Origin: a virus
DNA length: 64,000 bases
IMG/VR virus record: IMGVR_UViG_3300019757_000093
Location: 10,328-74,327 of that record
Reading direction: 5' to 3' (one strand)
In this document: positions 50,271 to 59,661 of the stretch, one piece after another
Layout: each line of letters starts with the position of its first letter
How positions within the stretch are numbered: the stretch's first letter is position 1
The notes under the pieces: model-generated
The model's input: the letters and a program-made list of their open reading frames with translations, nothing else
Told to the model about the DNA's origin: nothing
Database searches by the model: none
Made by a program: the position numbers and the translations under genes

Positions 50271-51005
50271 TTGTCTATTCAAATAAGAAGAAATAACTAT
50301 TTTAAAAAAGCGGAACGTATTCATAAAGATAAATTCTCTTATAATAAAGATAGTTATATTCATTCTAAGAAAAAAATAGAAATCTTCTGTCCAGAACATG
50401 GGAGTTTTTGGCAAAGACCGGATCTTCATTTATCTGGAAAGGGTGGGTGTAGAGGTTGTAATCCTATCAGTGATTATACTTTTAAAAAAGGACATCGCCC
50501 TGCGAATACTCATAACCAGGACGATTTCATAAATAAATGCATAGAAGTTCATGGTAATAGATACGATTACTCGATGGTAATATATAAAAATAGCACTTCC
50601 AAGGTACAAATTATTTGTCCAGAACACGGAAGTTTTTGGCAAAGAGCATCTGATCATAAAAATGGATGTGGCTGCCCAAAATGCTGCGAAAGTAAAGGAG
50701 AAGCTAGAGTTAGAACTTATTTAGAAGAGAATAAAATTTCTTTTAAACAAGAATATAGCTTCTCTAAATTAGGTCTATATAGATTCGATTTTTATTTAGA
50801 AGAATATAATCTCTGTATAGAATATGATGGTCGACAACACTTCGAAGAAGTAGCTTGTTGGGAACCCTTGAGCGAAGTCCAAAAGAGAGACGAGATTAAA
50901 AATAATTATTGTAAACACGAAGGTATAGATTTAATCCGTATCCCTTTTACTAAGTTTAAGTTAATAAAAGAAATTTTAGATAATAAATTAAAGGAATTAA
51001 AATGA
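50271..51005 (+). CDS. Homing endonuclease: CPEHG repeats + PD-(D/E)xK (Vsr/DUF559-like) domain
   Basis: Two CPEHGSFWQR repeats; SKGE, RFDFYL, IEYDGRQH; TTG start. Confidence 0.85.
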   Translation: MSIQIRRNNYFKKAERIHKDKFSYNKDSYIHSKKKIEIFCPEHGSFWQRPDLHLSGKGGCRGCNPISDYTFKKGHRPANTHNQDDFINKCIEVHGNRYDYSMVIYKNSTSKVQIICPEHGSFWQRASDHKNGCGCPKCCESKGEARVRTYLEENKISFKQEYSFSKLGLYRFDFYLEEYNLCIEYDGRQHFEEVACWEPLSEVQKRDEIKNNYCKHEGIDLIRIPFTKFKLIKEILDNKLKELK

Positions 51006-51322
51006 GTACTGTAGCTAGAATAGGAGACCCTTGTTTCGGAATATGTATGTGGCCACCGTAACCTCCGCCATCAGGACCAGGCCCACAACCCTGCAATGGT
51101 ATAATTACTAGTGGAGACCCACAACATTTAAGTGGTAGTACTCCGGTAGCAAGATTAGGTGATTTCGCTTCATTCCCTATTGGACCAGCTCAAATAGTAT
51201 TTGGTACTCCAAATGAATTAAGTGCTGGTCAACCGGTAGCAAGATTAGGAGATTCAGTTTTAGGACCATTAGTAACTTCTGGTATAATTACTGGAGGAAA
51301 TCCTCAGGATATTAGTCTTTAA
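51002..51322 (+). pseudogene. PAAR spike-tip gene with an in-frame TAA at codon 20 (51059..51061)
   Basis: MSTVARIGDPCFGICMWPP*PPPSGPGPQPCNG...PVARLGD...PVARLGD...: three PAAR-type motifs in one frame. Confidence 0.8.
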
Positions 51323-51326
51323 ATTA

Positions 51327-51374
51327 AATAGCTTAGCTTAAGATAGCTATAGCTTAGTATAGTGCTCCAGCTAT
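51327..51374. repeat. AGCT-rich dispersed repeat, 48-bp form
   Basis: Identical to 7988..8035. Confidence 0.95.
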
Positions 51375-51429
51375 TCCATTTTTTTCACGACATGAAATTA
51401 CAAAATGGAGAATTGAGGAAAGGAATTAA

Positions 51430-52539
51430 ATGATAAATTTTTATAGTGTTGAGAATCAAGCCAATGTTATACCGATATCAAAAGGGAATGATTGGCCTAT
51501 CATTGGACACGTAAAATTATATACTGAAAATTTTAATAATTTTAATAATCAATACAATAGTTTATTTCAAGATATAGATACTTATGTAGCCGATAATAAT
51601 AACGGTGAATGTTTACATCAGGATACATATGCTTTCTTTAAAGAACAATTCAAAGATAAACTTCCTACTTTATTAGGAGATTTAACGGCTGGAATGGATA
51701 GTATGTATTTGGATAACATGAGAACTTCTGACGTTCCATCATTTACAAGTACTGCTGGAATATTTGCTAAGTTAGTAGATGTATTAGATACAGGGGCCGA
51801 TAATTTTTTAAATAATTATAGTATGGCGAGACAGATGGAGAAGTATGAATGTTCTTATCTAACATTATTTAGATTCTTGATGCAATTACAAGGAACTATT
51901 AAAAGTGGAACTATTATGGGATACTTTGATAATATATATAAAGAATTTAAAGAATCATTAGACGCTTTCCGAAATTATATTATATTAGATACTAGAACTA
52001 ATCCTCCATCTTATAGAAGTACTTGCGAGCAATTAGAGGCTATCCATTTTGGATTATATAATGAATACGAATACGCTGGCGAAACTTTTCCAGCTTTTAA
52101 TAATCATTTTCAAGAATATCAAGCTGCCTTATTAGAAGGGTTTGAAGATCTAAATTTAATATTAGATACTTTTCAAGGCTTCTATGATGAATTATATTTA
52201 GGTATGAAAGTAATATCAGCTATTAATATGGTATTTTATTCTGATCCACAAGATGCTGATATGATTAGAAATGAAGGAGCGAGCAATTTTTCTTTTTTAA
52301 CATTAAGTACAGAAGGAAATGATGCGGAAGATACTAGAACATTAAAGGCCAGAACTCTTTATTGTATTAGTATTTCGATACCGATGGCATTGGATGCTAT
52401 TCAATATATAGATAGTACTAGAAGTAATATCAATACTATTTTAGCCCAATTAATTCATAATGTATTAGATGCTTTAGGAATTCTCCCAAAATTAACTGCT
52501 ATGAAAGAGGTCGTTTTAACTCAAGGTGGTGAACTATAA
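51430..52539 (+). CDS. Hypothetical alpha-helical protein
   Basis: 369-aa ORF with AAGGA SD. Confidence 0.7.
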   Translation: MINFYSVENQANVIPISKGNDWPIIGHVKLYTENFNNFNNQYNSLFQDIDTYVADNNNGECLHQDTYAFFKEQFKDKLPTLLGDLTAGMDSMYLDNMRTSDVPSFTSTAGIFAKLVDVLDTGADNFLNNYSMARQMEKYECSYLTLFRFLMQLQGTIKSGTIMGYFDNIYKEFKESLDAFRNYIILDTRTNPPSYRSTCEQLEAIHFGLYNEYEYAGETFPAFNNHFQEYQAALLEGFEDLNLILDTFQGFYDELYLGMKVISAINMVFYSDPQDADMIRNEGASNFSFLTLSTEGNDAEDTRTLKARTLYCISISIPMALDAIQYIDSTRSNINTILAQLIHNVLDALGILPKLTAMKEVVLTQGGEL

Positions 52540-52544
52540 GGTAA

Positions 52545-52609
52545 ATCCCTTCGGGGATATTCCTGTCCGTAAAAAAAGACAGGAGTTTGTAAGCTATAAC
52601 AAACCTTTA
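52545..52609 (+). promoter_or_regulatory. Hairpin(UUCG)+TTCCTGTC element and AACAAA-CCTT-TA promoter motif
   Basis: TTCCTGTC at 52560, inverted GACAGGA at 52578, AACA at 52598. Confidence 0.75.
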
Positions 52610-52634
52610 TAATAAAATATTCAAAAGGAAAAGT

Positions 52635-53183
52635 ATGGGAGCTAGTTTAACTAAAGACGAAATAAACTTCGGTAAAAGTAATAGAAACTACGAACAATAC
52701 ATGGAAAATTCTTTTAAAAGAACTAACATGATATTGACAAAACCGAAAGGTTGGATTATAATGGATAGTTTTAATAATAAATATTTTCCAGTAAAAGAAT
52801 TTGAAGTCGATAGCCTTAAATTTAATTCTGGTAAATTAAAAACTTATTTTACTCAACATTATGGAGGTAATCCTAGGGATTTATTTTTACCGTGGCATTA
52901 TATAGTAGAATTAGTAGAGGGCGAACAGCCTTTTGTAATGAATACTAGACCATTTAATTATAAAAGTGGATTTAAAGGATACGAACAATATCTTACTATT
53001 ATGATTATAGGTAATAGTAATAATGATATTTATCCAGGAAGATTCTATAAGCAGATAGCACATATGATAATGAATCCTATGGCTTTTATGAAAGGGTTCT
53101 TTATTCCTAACGAAAGTTCTAGACGTCTTTATTGGACAGGAACTAACTTTAAGAAAGAAGAATTAGAGTTACATCTTTATTAG
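52635..53183 (+). CDS. Possible degenerate amidase_2/PGRP-fold protein
   Basis: LPWHYIVE and LTIMIIGN recall YHFLI and IGICLIGN; the first Zn-binding His appears absent. Confidence 0.35.
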   Translation: MGASLTKDEINFGKSNRNYEQYMENSFKRTNMILTKPKGWIIMDSFNNKYFPVKEFEVDSLKFNSGKLKTYFTQHYGGNPRDLFLPWHYIVELVEGEQPFVMNTRPFNYKSGFKGYEQYLTIMIIGNSNNDIYPGRFYKQIAHMIMNPMAFMKGFFIPNESSRRLYWTGTNFKKEELELHLY

Positions 53184-53184
53184 T

Positions 53185-53196
53185 AACTAATGGCTA
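53185..53196 (+). promoter_or_regulatory. Putative late promoter AACTAA-TGGC-TA
   Basis: Motif directly before the GGAGG SD of 53210. Confidence 0.55.
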
Positions 53197-53209
53197 ATAA
53201 GGAGGAATA

Positions 53210-54112
53210 ATGAAAAAAACTTTAATAGAACATATAGAAGATTTTAATAAAATACATAATAATAAATATAATTACTCGAAGGTAAATATATTTACTTGGA
53301 AAGGGTATTTAAAAAAGATACCAATAATTTGTCCAGAACATGGTTTATTTTATCAAACTCCTTCCGATCATAAACGTCCAAATGGATGTAAAAATTGTGG
53401 AATAAAAAAAGGAAGTAAAAAGAGAATTATATCTTTTGATAATTTACAAAAAGAATTTAATAAAATACATAAGAATAAATATGATTATTCAAAAGTAAAA
53501 TATAAAAATATTAGTACTAAAATAGATATTATTTGTCCAGAACATGGAGTTTTTTCTCAATTACCTATGTCTCATAAATTAGGATATGGTTGTAATAAAT
53601 GCAGAAAATATACAATATCGAAAGAAAAAATAATTAAACATATAGAAGAATTTAATAAAATACATAAGAATAAATATGATTATTCAAAAGTAAAATATAA
53701 AAATAGTAATACTAAAATAGATATTATTTGTCCAGAACATGGAGTTTTTCGAAAAACTCCAAATGCTCATAAATCAGGGCAGGGTTGTCCAAATTGTAAA
53801 GAATCAAAAGGAGAAACTATTATTAGACATTACTTAGAAGAAAATAATATTTCTTTTAAACAAGAATATAAATTATCAAATAATCAACGTTTTGATTTTT
53901 ATTTAGAAGAATATAACACTATTATCGAATTCGATGGTATTCAACATTTCCAACCAGTAGATTTTTTTGGAGGAAAAGAAGGTTTTATACAAACGAAAGA
54001 AAGAGACATATATAAGAATAATTATTGTAAAGATAATAATATTAAACTTATTAGAATATCCTATAAAGATATAAAAAAAATAAATAATATATTAGAAAAA
54101 GAATTATACTAA
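53210..54112 (+). CDS. Homing endonuclease: three CPEHG repeats + PD-(D/E)xK domain; paralog of 50271
   Basis: ESKGE, RFDFYLEEYN, IEFDGIQH. Confidence 0.85.
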   Translation: MKKTLIEHIEDFNKIHNNKYNYSKVNIFTWKGYLKKIPIICPEHGLFYQTPSDHKRPNGCKNCGIKKGSKKRIISFDNLQKEFNKIHKNKYDYSKVKYKNISTKIDIICPEHGVFSQLPMSHKLGYGCNKCRKYTISKEKIIKHIEEFNKIHKNKYDYSKVKYKNSNTKIDIICPEHGVFRKTPNAHKSGQGCPNCKESKGETIIRHYLEENNISFKQEYKLSNNQRFDFYLEEYNTIIEFDGIQHFQPVDFFGGKEGFIQTKERDIYKNNYCKDNNIKLIRISYKDIKKINNILEKELY

Positions 54113-54124
54113 AAAGGAAAATAA

Positions 54125-54670
54125 ATGGCAATAGAAATTGTACCAAATGATGTTGAAATAAACTATCATGATTATAAAGAAGAAATAGTACGGGAGCAAA
54201 CAGAAGTTCAAGCTAAAATAAATGAATTAGAAATCAAATTAGTTGATTTAGAATTAAAAGAAAGAATGATCGATTCTATTATATCTAGAACGAATGCCAC
54301 ATTACTTAATATTCCCGCGGATAATTTTAAATGGATGGGTCAAACTCAATCCAATCTAATGAAACAGATAGAAAATTTAGGTTTAGTTAAAGATATTATT
54401 ATTAAGTACGAAGATATGATATTAAAATATAGAAATGTTCTTATTAGTATTATAGAGAAAAAGATTACAAATAGAGTTAAAATTGTTAGTCTTCAGAAAG
54501 AAGAAAAACAAGCTGAAAATAGTATTGGTGATTTAATGGTTAATATCCAGGATTTATTATCTGGAAAAGCTCCTCAAATAGAAGGAGAAGGAGAACAACC
54601 ATTTGATCCAGAAGCTCAGAAATTATTTCTGAATTCAATAGAAGAAGAATTAAAAAAAGAAGGTTATTAA
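54125..54670 (+). CDS. Hypothetical coiled-coil protein
   Basis: 181-aa ORF with SD. Confidence 0.7.
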   Translation: MAIEIVPNDVEINYHDYKEEIVREQTEVQAKINELEIKLVDLELKERMIDSIISRTNATLLNIPADNFKWMGQTQSNLMKQIENLGLVKDIIIKYEDMILKYRNVLISIIEKKITNRVKIVSLQKEEKQAENSIGDLMVNIQDLLSGKAPQIEGEGEQPFDPEAQKLFLNSIEEELKKEGY

Positions 54671-54671
54671 A

Positions 54672-56252
54672 ATGAAATTAACAAGTGTTAATGTAAATCC
54701 AGATAATAAAAGATTATTTGAAAATACAGTAAAATATGAATATAATAAAATGATTAGTAAAGAAGAATTAATATTCGAAGATCTAAATTATAATTTAGAT
54801 ACTGATAAATTATTCGAAGAATTCTTTATGGATAAAGAAGATGGTTACCTAAGTTTCTTAGAAGAGGATAGTTCTCAAAGAGTTGCTTATGTTAAAGATT
54901 ATTTCTATAATAAAACAATTATTCCAATTTATGAAAATTTTCAATTACATATAGATAAGAATAAGATTCAATGTATAGAAGAAGGAACTGAATATCATCA
55001 AACTTTTTCTGATCAAGTTAAATTAGAAACTACTGCTAAATTTTTAATAGAAAACTTCATTTTAGATTTTTTACCTCGAGATAAAAGAAAAGAAATAACA
55101 GAAGATATTATGATGGCTAGAACATTAAAATTTCATGAACTTCAAGAAAGTTTAGATAATTCTCCAACTGGAGTAGTTGCTGGAGTAGCTCAAGGAGTTG
55201 CAAATGGTATTCAAACTACAATAGATCAATTAGTAGGAACAGTAACTGGAACTGCTAGAGCACTTAAAGAATTAGTACTAGGTTTAGTAGTTCTTTTTTA
55301 TAGTCCATTTATGGTAGTTGCTTCTGAGAATTTAAAATACAAATATCTTGGAACAAGTGGTAAAGGTAAAATTAAACAATTTATGGAATTAGTTGGACCT
55401 TGTCAAAATATTGGAGAATTACTATTTGGAAGCTATGCTGAAGTAGGTGGTATCCTTAAGAAAGTAAATGAAATTGATTCTACAGAAGTAAAAGATTTCT
55501 TAAAACAAGTATCTCAGGATAAAAGTATTAGAGAAAAAATTGTAAATGATTGTTGGATGAAGAATGCTAAAGTTCCATCTGCTACCGAGCAAGGTAAAAC
55601 TGGGTTGGTTAAGTTCGTTCATATGATTGGAAATACTTTCCAAAGAGCTAGAATGACTGGTATTGGAAATCCTCAGGATGCTGGGGATGGTTTATTAGGT
55701 TTCTTATTCTCAATGGATGCCGATAATCCTAATTTCCAAAGAAGTTTCTTTGAATTTAGAAAATGTACTTATGATCATATTTTTGCTTTAATTAGAGGTT
55801 ATGCAAAAACTGCTATCGAAGTAGAGATTAGTAATGTAGAAATTCTAGAAAGAATTAAGGTAGCTAGTAAAAGAAAAGATTATACTGTCTTTAATACTCT
55901 TCAACAATCATCTGATGATGCAGAAGATTTAATGTATAAGGTAGGAAAAGTTCTTCTTAGTATAGATGAGTTAGCCGAATCATTAAAGAAAAATAAAAGA
56001 TTATTATTCCAAGATCAATATATAGATCAATTCTATATGTATCTTAAGCAAAAGATTAAACAATCTTATTTAGATTTAGATGAAATTGCTAGTAAAGCTA
56101 GTTCAAAAGCTAATGAGAAACATGCTGTAGAAACTAAAGGACATAAAGATGATAAGTACGATGAGAGTTGGAAAGATCATAAATTAAGTTCGATAAGAGA
56201 TTCAGTTCAAGGTAAAACACCTAAGAAAATAAAATCAATTTATGATATGTAA
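54672..56252 (+). CDS. Hypothetical protein, probably head/core
   Basis: Glu-rich N-terminal third with many hydrophobic-x-E sites. Confidence 0.6.
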   Translation: MKLTSVNVNPDNKRLFENTVKYEYNKMISKEELIFEDLNYNLDTDKLFEEFFMDKEDGYLSFLEEDSSQRVAYVKDYFYNKTIIPIYENFQLHIDKNKIQCIEEGTEYHQTFSDQVKLETTAKFLIENFILDFLPRDKRKEITEDIMMARTLKFHELQESLDNSPTGVVAGVAQGVANGIQTTIDQLVGTVTGTARALKELVLGLVVLFYSPFMVVASENLKYKYLGTSGKGKIKQFMELVGPCQNIGELLFGSYAEVGGILKKVNEIDSTEVKDFLKQVSQDKSIREKIVNDCWMKNAKVPSATEQGKTGLVKFVHMIGNTFQRARMTGIGNPQDAGDGLLGFLFSMDADNPNFQRSFFEFRKCTYDHIFALIRGYAKTAIEVEISNVEILERIKVASKRKDYTVFNTLQQSSDDAEDLMYKVGKVLLSIDELAESLKKNKRLLFQDQYIDQFYMYLKQKIKQSYLDLDEIASKASSKANEKHAVETKGHKDDKYDESWKDHKLSSIRDSVQGKTPKKIKSIYDM

Positions 56253-56274
56253 ATAAAATATAGAAGGAAATAAA

Positions 56275-56550
56275 ATGCAAAAAGAAATTCAATTAACTGA
56301 GGAACTAGAAGCTAAGGTAAAACAATTAGAAGAAGCATTGGTTGGTGGTATGCAAATGCGTACTCATGAAAGTAAAAAGAATGCTGCTATTGGTGCAATA
56401 GCTGTGTCTATGGCTAAGAAAAATAAAGATCCTCTTTATGAATTATTAAAAAGACATAGAGATGCTTGGAAAAGAGCAAAGAATGATATTGTAATGAGAT
56501 ATAGAAGTCAAGCGGAAATGAAATTCCAACAGAAACAATCGGGAATGTAA
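56275..56550 (+). CDS. Small putative head protein
   Basis: QLTEE/QLEEA N-terminus followed by a basic helix. Confidence 0.6.
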   Translation: MQKEIQLTEELEAKVKQLEEALVGGMQMRTHESKKNAAIGAIAVSMAKKNKDPLYELLKRHRDAWKRAKNDIVMRYRSQAEMKFQQKQSGM

Positions 56551-56589
56551 TATGAAGAATTCATATAATTCTACGGAAAAGGAGCATTA

Positions 56590-59568
56590 ATGAAACAAGT
56601 AAGATTTGGATCATTTCCATTAGCGGAAATTTTACCTAAAGAAAAAGATTGTCTTGATAAGTACTTAATTAAACACTTCGCTGATAATATTTCATTTAAA
56701 GATACTATTACTAATCTAAGTGTTACTAAGAATACTTTTTATGTTGGACCAACAGAGATAGTTAAAGATTTATTAAAATCAAGAACTGGAACCGGTTCAG
56801 GTGAATCATTTAAATTTGGAGATATAAATAGCAATACTAGTCATCCGGCTAATATGAAATATTTAGAAGTCCAAAAAAGAGCATTTAATGTTATTAGTAA
56901 TTTTTATTTTAAATTATCAGATGCTCCTTTTTATAAAGGTATGACTTATTATCCAATTTATATAGAGAAAGTAGAGAAATCTTTTACTCCTATTTCTGGA
57001 AAAGATATTGATCAAAAATTTAATTATTCTTTTATTTTATTAACTAATGATCTTATTCATAATAAAGAAAGAAAAGTAGATGAAGCTGGAGTTATAAATT
57101 TTTTATATATTTATTTACATTTATTTCATAGTCCATTTTTACTGAATGAAGATTTAAAGTATAGCGTAGATAGCACCACTGGTTTAAGTAGTATTTCTAA
57201 AGAACATGTAGTTCAGGTAATGAAATTTTATAAGTTAATTCAAACTTATGATTTAAATCCAGTTAAAGTATTTATGAGTATATATGAATTAATTAAAGTT
57301 GCTAAAGATTTTAGCATGGATTTCGGGAATTCTAATACTTCTGATAGAAAATTTAATACTCAACTTGGAAATACTTTAAAAAATAAAATGGATAAGTTTA
57401 ATAATCCTTTATTTAAAAATATGTTAGATAAAGTTATTCAAGAAGTAACTGATTTATTCCATAGAAATTTAATTGGTGGTTCTAGATTATCAAAAGAAGA
57501 ATCTTTAAAACATAGTAATATTATGTTACATATTATTAACCTAGTTTTAAAAGATAAAGAGATTCATGATTTTGTAGATAATTTACAAGAGGGAAGATTC
57601 TCTAGAGATTCTAGAATGCAGGCAGTAGCAGACTTTCATCATTATAGTAATATTATTAATAATTTTAACGAGTTAGTAGCTTATAATGAGTTAGGAATTC
57701 AAGATATTATTAAAGATATGGATGTTAATTTTGATAAAGACTTGGTTATTGACAACGAAGATGATTCTGATTTAGCTGATCAGGTTTCTAGACTAACTGG
57801 AATTATTGATCGAAATAATTTTGATACAGCATTTAGTAAATTTGTAATGGATTTTAAAACATATTCTGAGATTATTATTCAAAAAGAATTATCTCCGGTG
57901 GTTTCAAAATTAAGACATAATCATATGAATAGTGTGTCTGGTTCTGATCAAATAAGATCTCTAGGAAATAGTATTAAAAACCATGAAAATCAATTAAGAG
58001 ATTTTGATATTACTATTGGTAGCTTAACTCAAGAAAAAAGTTTTATTTTATCTGTTAGCACTAATGGAACACTTGGAACTAGAGAAGCGGATAGATATCA
58101 GGAAATTGAGCAGGAATTAATTAATATTAAAACTCAAAAGAATGAAACAATAAGATTAATGCAAGAAGATAATGCTCAATTAATAATAGTTAATCAACAA
58201 AGAGATTTAGCTTTAGAAAAGAATGAATTTAAACTACCAAGATTAGATAATACTTCTGATTTATTTAATAAAATAGATGAAAGTATTGGATTTATTTATG
58301 GAGATTTAGAAAGTTTATTTATGAATCCTATGGTATTACAAGAGATGTTATCTGGAAAAAATTACAGTTATGATAGTATTCCAAGTAATGCTCAAGATTT
58401 AAATAATATATTTTTAAGTACTCCTAGAACTAATGACGAAATGATTAATAGTTTATATAGACAGTTATATGAGGATATCCAACATACTAGCGAAGTACTT
58501 ATGAATGAGATTCATAATCAGGTAGAATTATTAGGTGGAAATATAACTGATATTGGAAGTGAATTATCTAAAGAACATATCCAAGCGAATATAATTAAAT
58601 CATTAGGTTTAAGATTTTTTGCAGTAATGAAAAAATATCTAAGAAACATTAGTACCAAAACTAATAGAATCCTTCAGTACAAATCTTCTTTACAAGGTAT
58701 TCATCCTATGTTAGGAAAAATGTCTAAAGATCCAAGTAATTTTAAATCATTTATTCTTAGTACTAATATACTTTCGGCTTTATATGATTTAATTTTTATT
58801 ACTCAAGAGAAAATGTTCTTAAGTGGTTTATTAAAAAGACCACCTAGAAAATTAAATAATGCTGATGCTAAATCAGAATTTATAGTAAATAATATTCTTG
58901 GATTACAAAATAATCCTACTTGGGTTGTTGGAGAAAATAAAATCCGATTATTACTTCCAGATTATTTAGCCTTAACTGGTAGTCAAATAGTATCTGAAAT
59001 ACCAAAAGCTAAATTAAAGCAAATATGTAATATGGATTTAAAAAATTGGTGGAAGCAAAATGCTATGGGAACTCTTAATAAATTAGAAGGAAAGAATCCG
59101 GAATTAATAAAAGTTAATGATGAATTAAAAGCTTTAAGAGCGGAACTTTCTAAAACCGATAGAGAAGATAAATCAACTTATCAAAGAATTCAATTACAAA
59201 TTCAAGATAAAGATAAAGAAAAGCTAAAGATAGCAAGCCATAATCCTCAGGATAATACTTTAGGAAATGTTGGTATGACATTTACTTCTGGTGGGTTGAG
59301 TAATTACGAAACTCTTAGATCTAAGGCAGGATTCGATAAACAGAGTACTCCAGAAGAACAAGAAAGATATGATCAATTAACTCCAGAAGAACAAGCGGAA
59401 ACGAAAGATCCAAGAAGGAATGATATTAATAGTGGTTTTGATGATGGTATTAATAAAGATTTAATCCAACAAACGCAAACTCAGCCACTAGGTGGAAGAT
59501 TTGACGATGTTCACGAAGATTTAATGAGAAAAAGATTAATGGATAGAGCAGTTTTTAATAGGAGCTAA
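56590..59568 (+). CDS. Large hypothetical protein (992 aa) with coiled-coil segments
   Basis: Long ORF with AAGGAG SD. Confidence 0.75.
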   Translation: MKQVRFGSFPLAEILPKEKDCLDKYLIKHFADNISFKDTITNLSVTKNTFYVGPTEIVKDLLKSRTGTGSGESFKFGDINSNTSHPANMKYLEVQKRAFNVISNFYFKLSDAPFYKGMTYYPIYIEKVEKSFTPISGKDIDQKFNYSFILLTNDLIHNKERKVDEAGVINFLYIYLHLFHSPFLLNEDLKYSVDSTTGLSSISKEHVVQVMKFYKLIQTYDLNPVKVFMSIYELIKVAKDFSMDFGNSNTSDRKFNTQLGNTLKNKMDKFNNPLFKNMLDKVIQEVTDLFHRNLIGGSRLSKEESLKHSNIMLHIINLVLKDKEIHDFVDNLQEGRFSRDSRMQAVADFHHYSNIINNFNELVAYNELGIQDIIKDMDVNFDKDLVIDNEDDSDLADQVSRLTGIIDRNNFDTAFSKFVMDFKTYSEIIIQKELSPVVSKLRHNHMNSVSGSDQIRSLGNSIKNHENQLRDFDITIGSLTQEKSFILSVSTNGTLGTREADRYQEIEQELINIKTQKNETIRLMQEDNAQLIIVNQQRDLALEKNEFKLPRLDNTSDLFNKIDESIGFIYGDLESLFMNPMVLQEMLSGKNYSYDSIPSNAQDLNNIFLSTPRTNDEMINSLYRQLYEDIQHTSEVLMNEIHNQVELLGGNITDIGSELSKEHIQANIIKSLGLRFFAVMKKYLRNISTKTNRILQYKSSLQGIHPMLGKMSKDPSNFKSFILSTNILSALYDLIFITQEKMFLSGLLKRPPRKLNNADAKSEFIVNNILGLQNNPTWVVGENKIRLLLPDYLALTGSQIVSEIPKAKLKQICNMDLKNWWKQNAMGTLNKLEGKNPELIKVNDELKALRAELSKTDREDKSTYQRIQLQIQDKDKEKLKIASHNPQDNTLGNVGMTFTSGGLSNYETLRSKAGFDKQSTPEEQERYDQLTPEEQAETKDPRRNDINSGFDDGINKDLIQQTQTQPLGGRFDDVHEDLMRKRLMDRAVFNRS

Positions 59569-59661
59569 TCGGTAAGAGCTTAATATAAAATTAAGCTCTT
59601 AATATAGTACATAACTAAATATAGAAAATAAAAACCTTAATTAAGGGAAGGAATTATAAAA

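Noticed and set aside
6441-51374. AGCT repeats or hairpin modules as a CRISPR array or integron attC sites
   Set aside because: Dispersed over kilobases without regular spacers; no GTTRRRY cores, cas gene or integrase in the window
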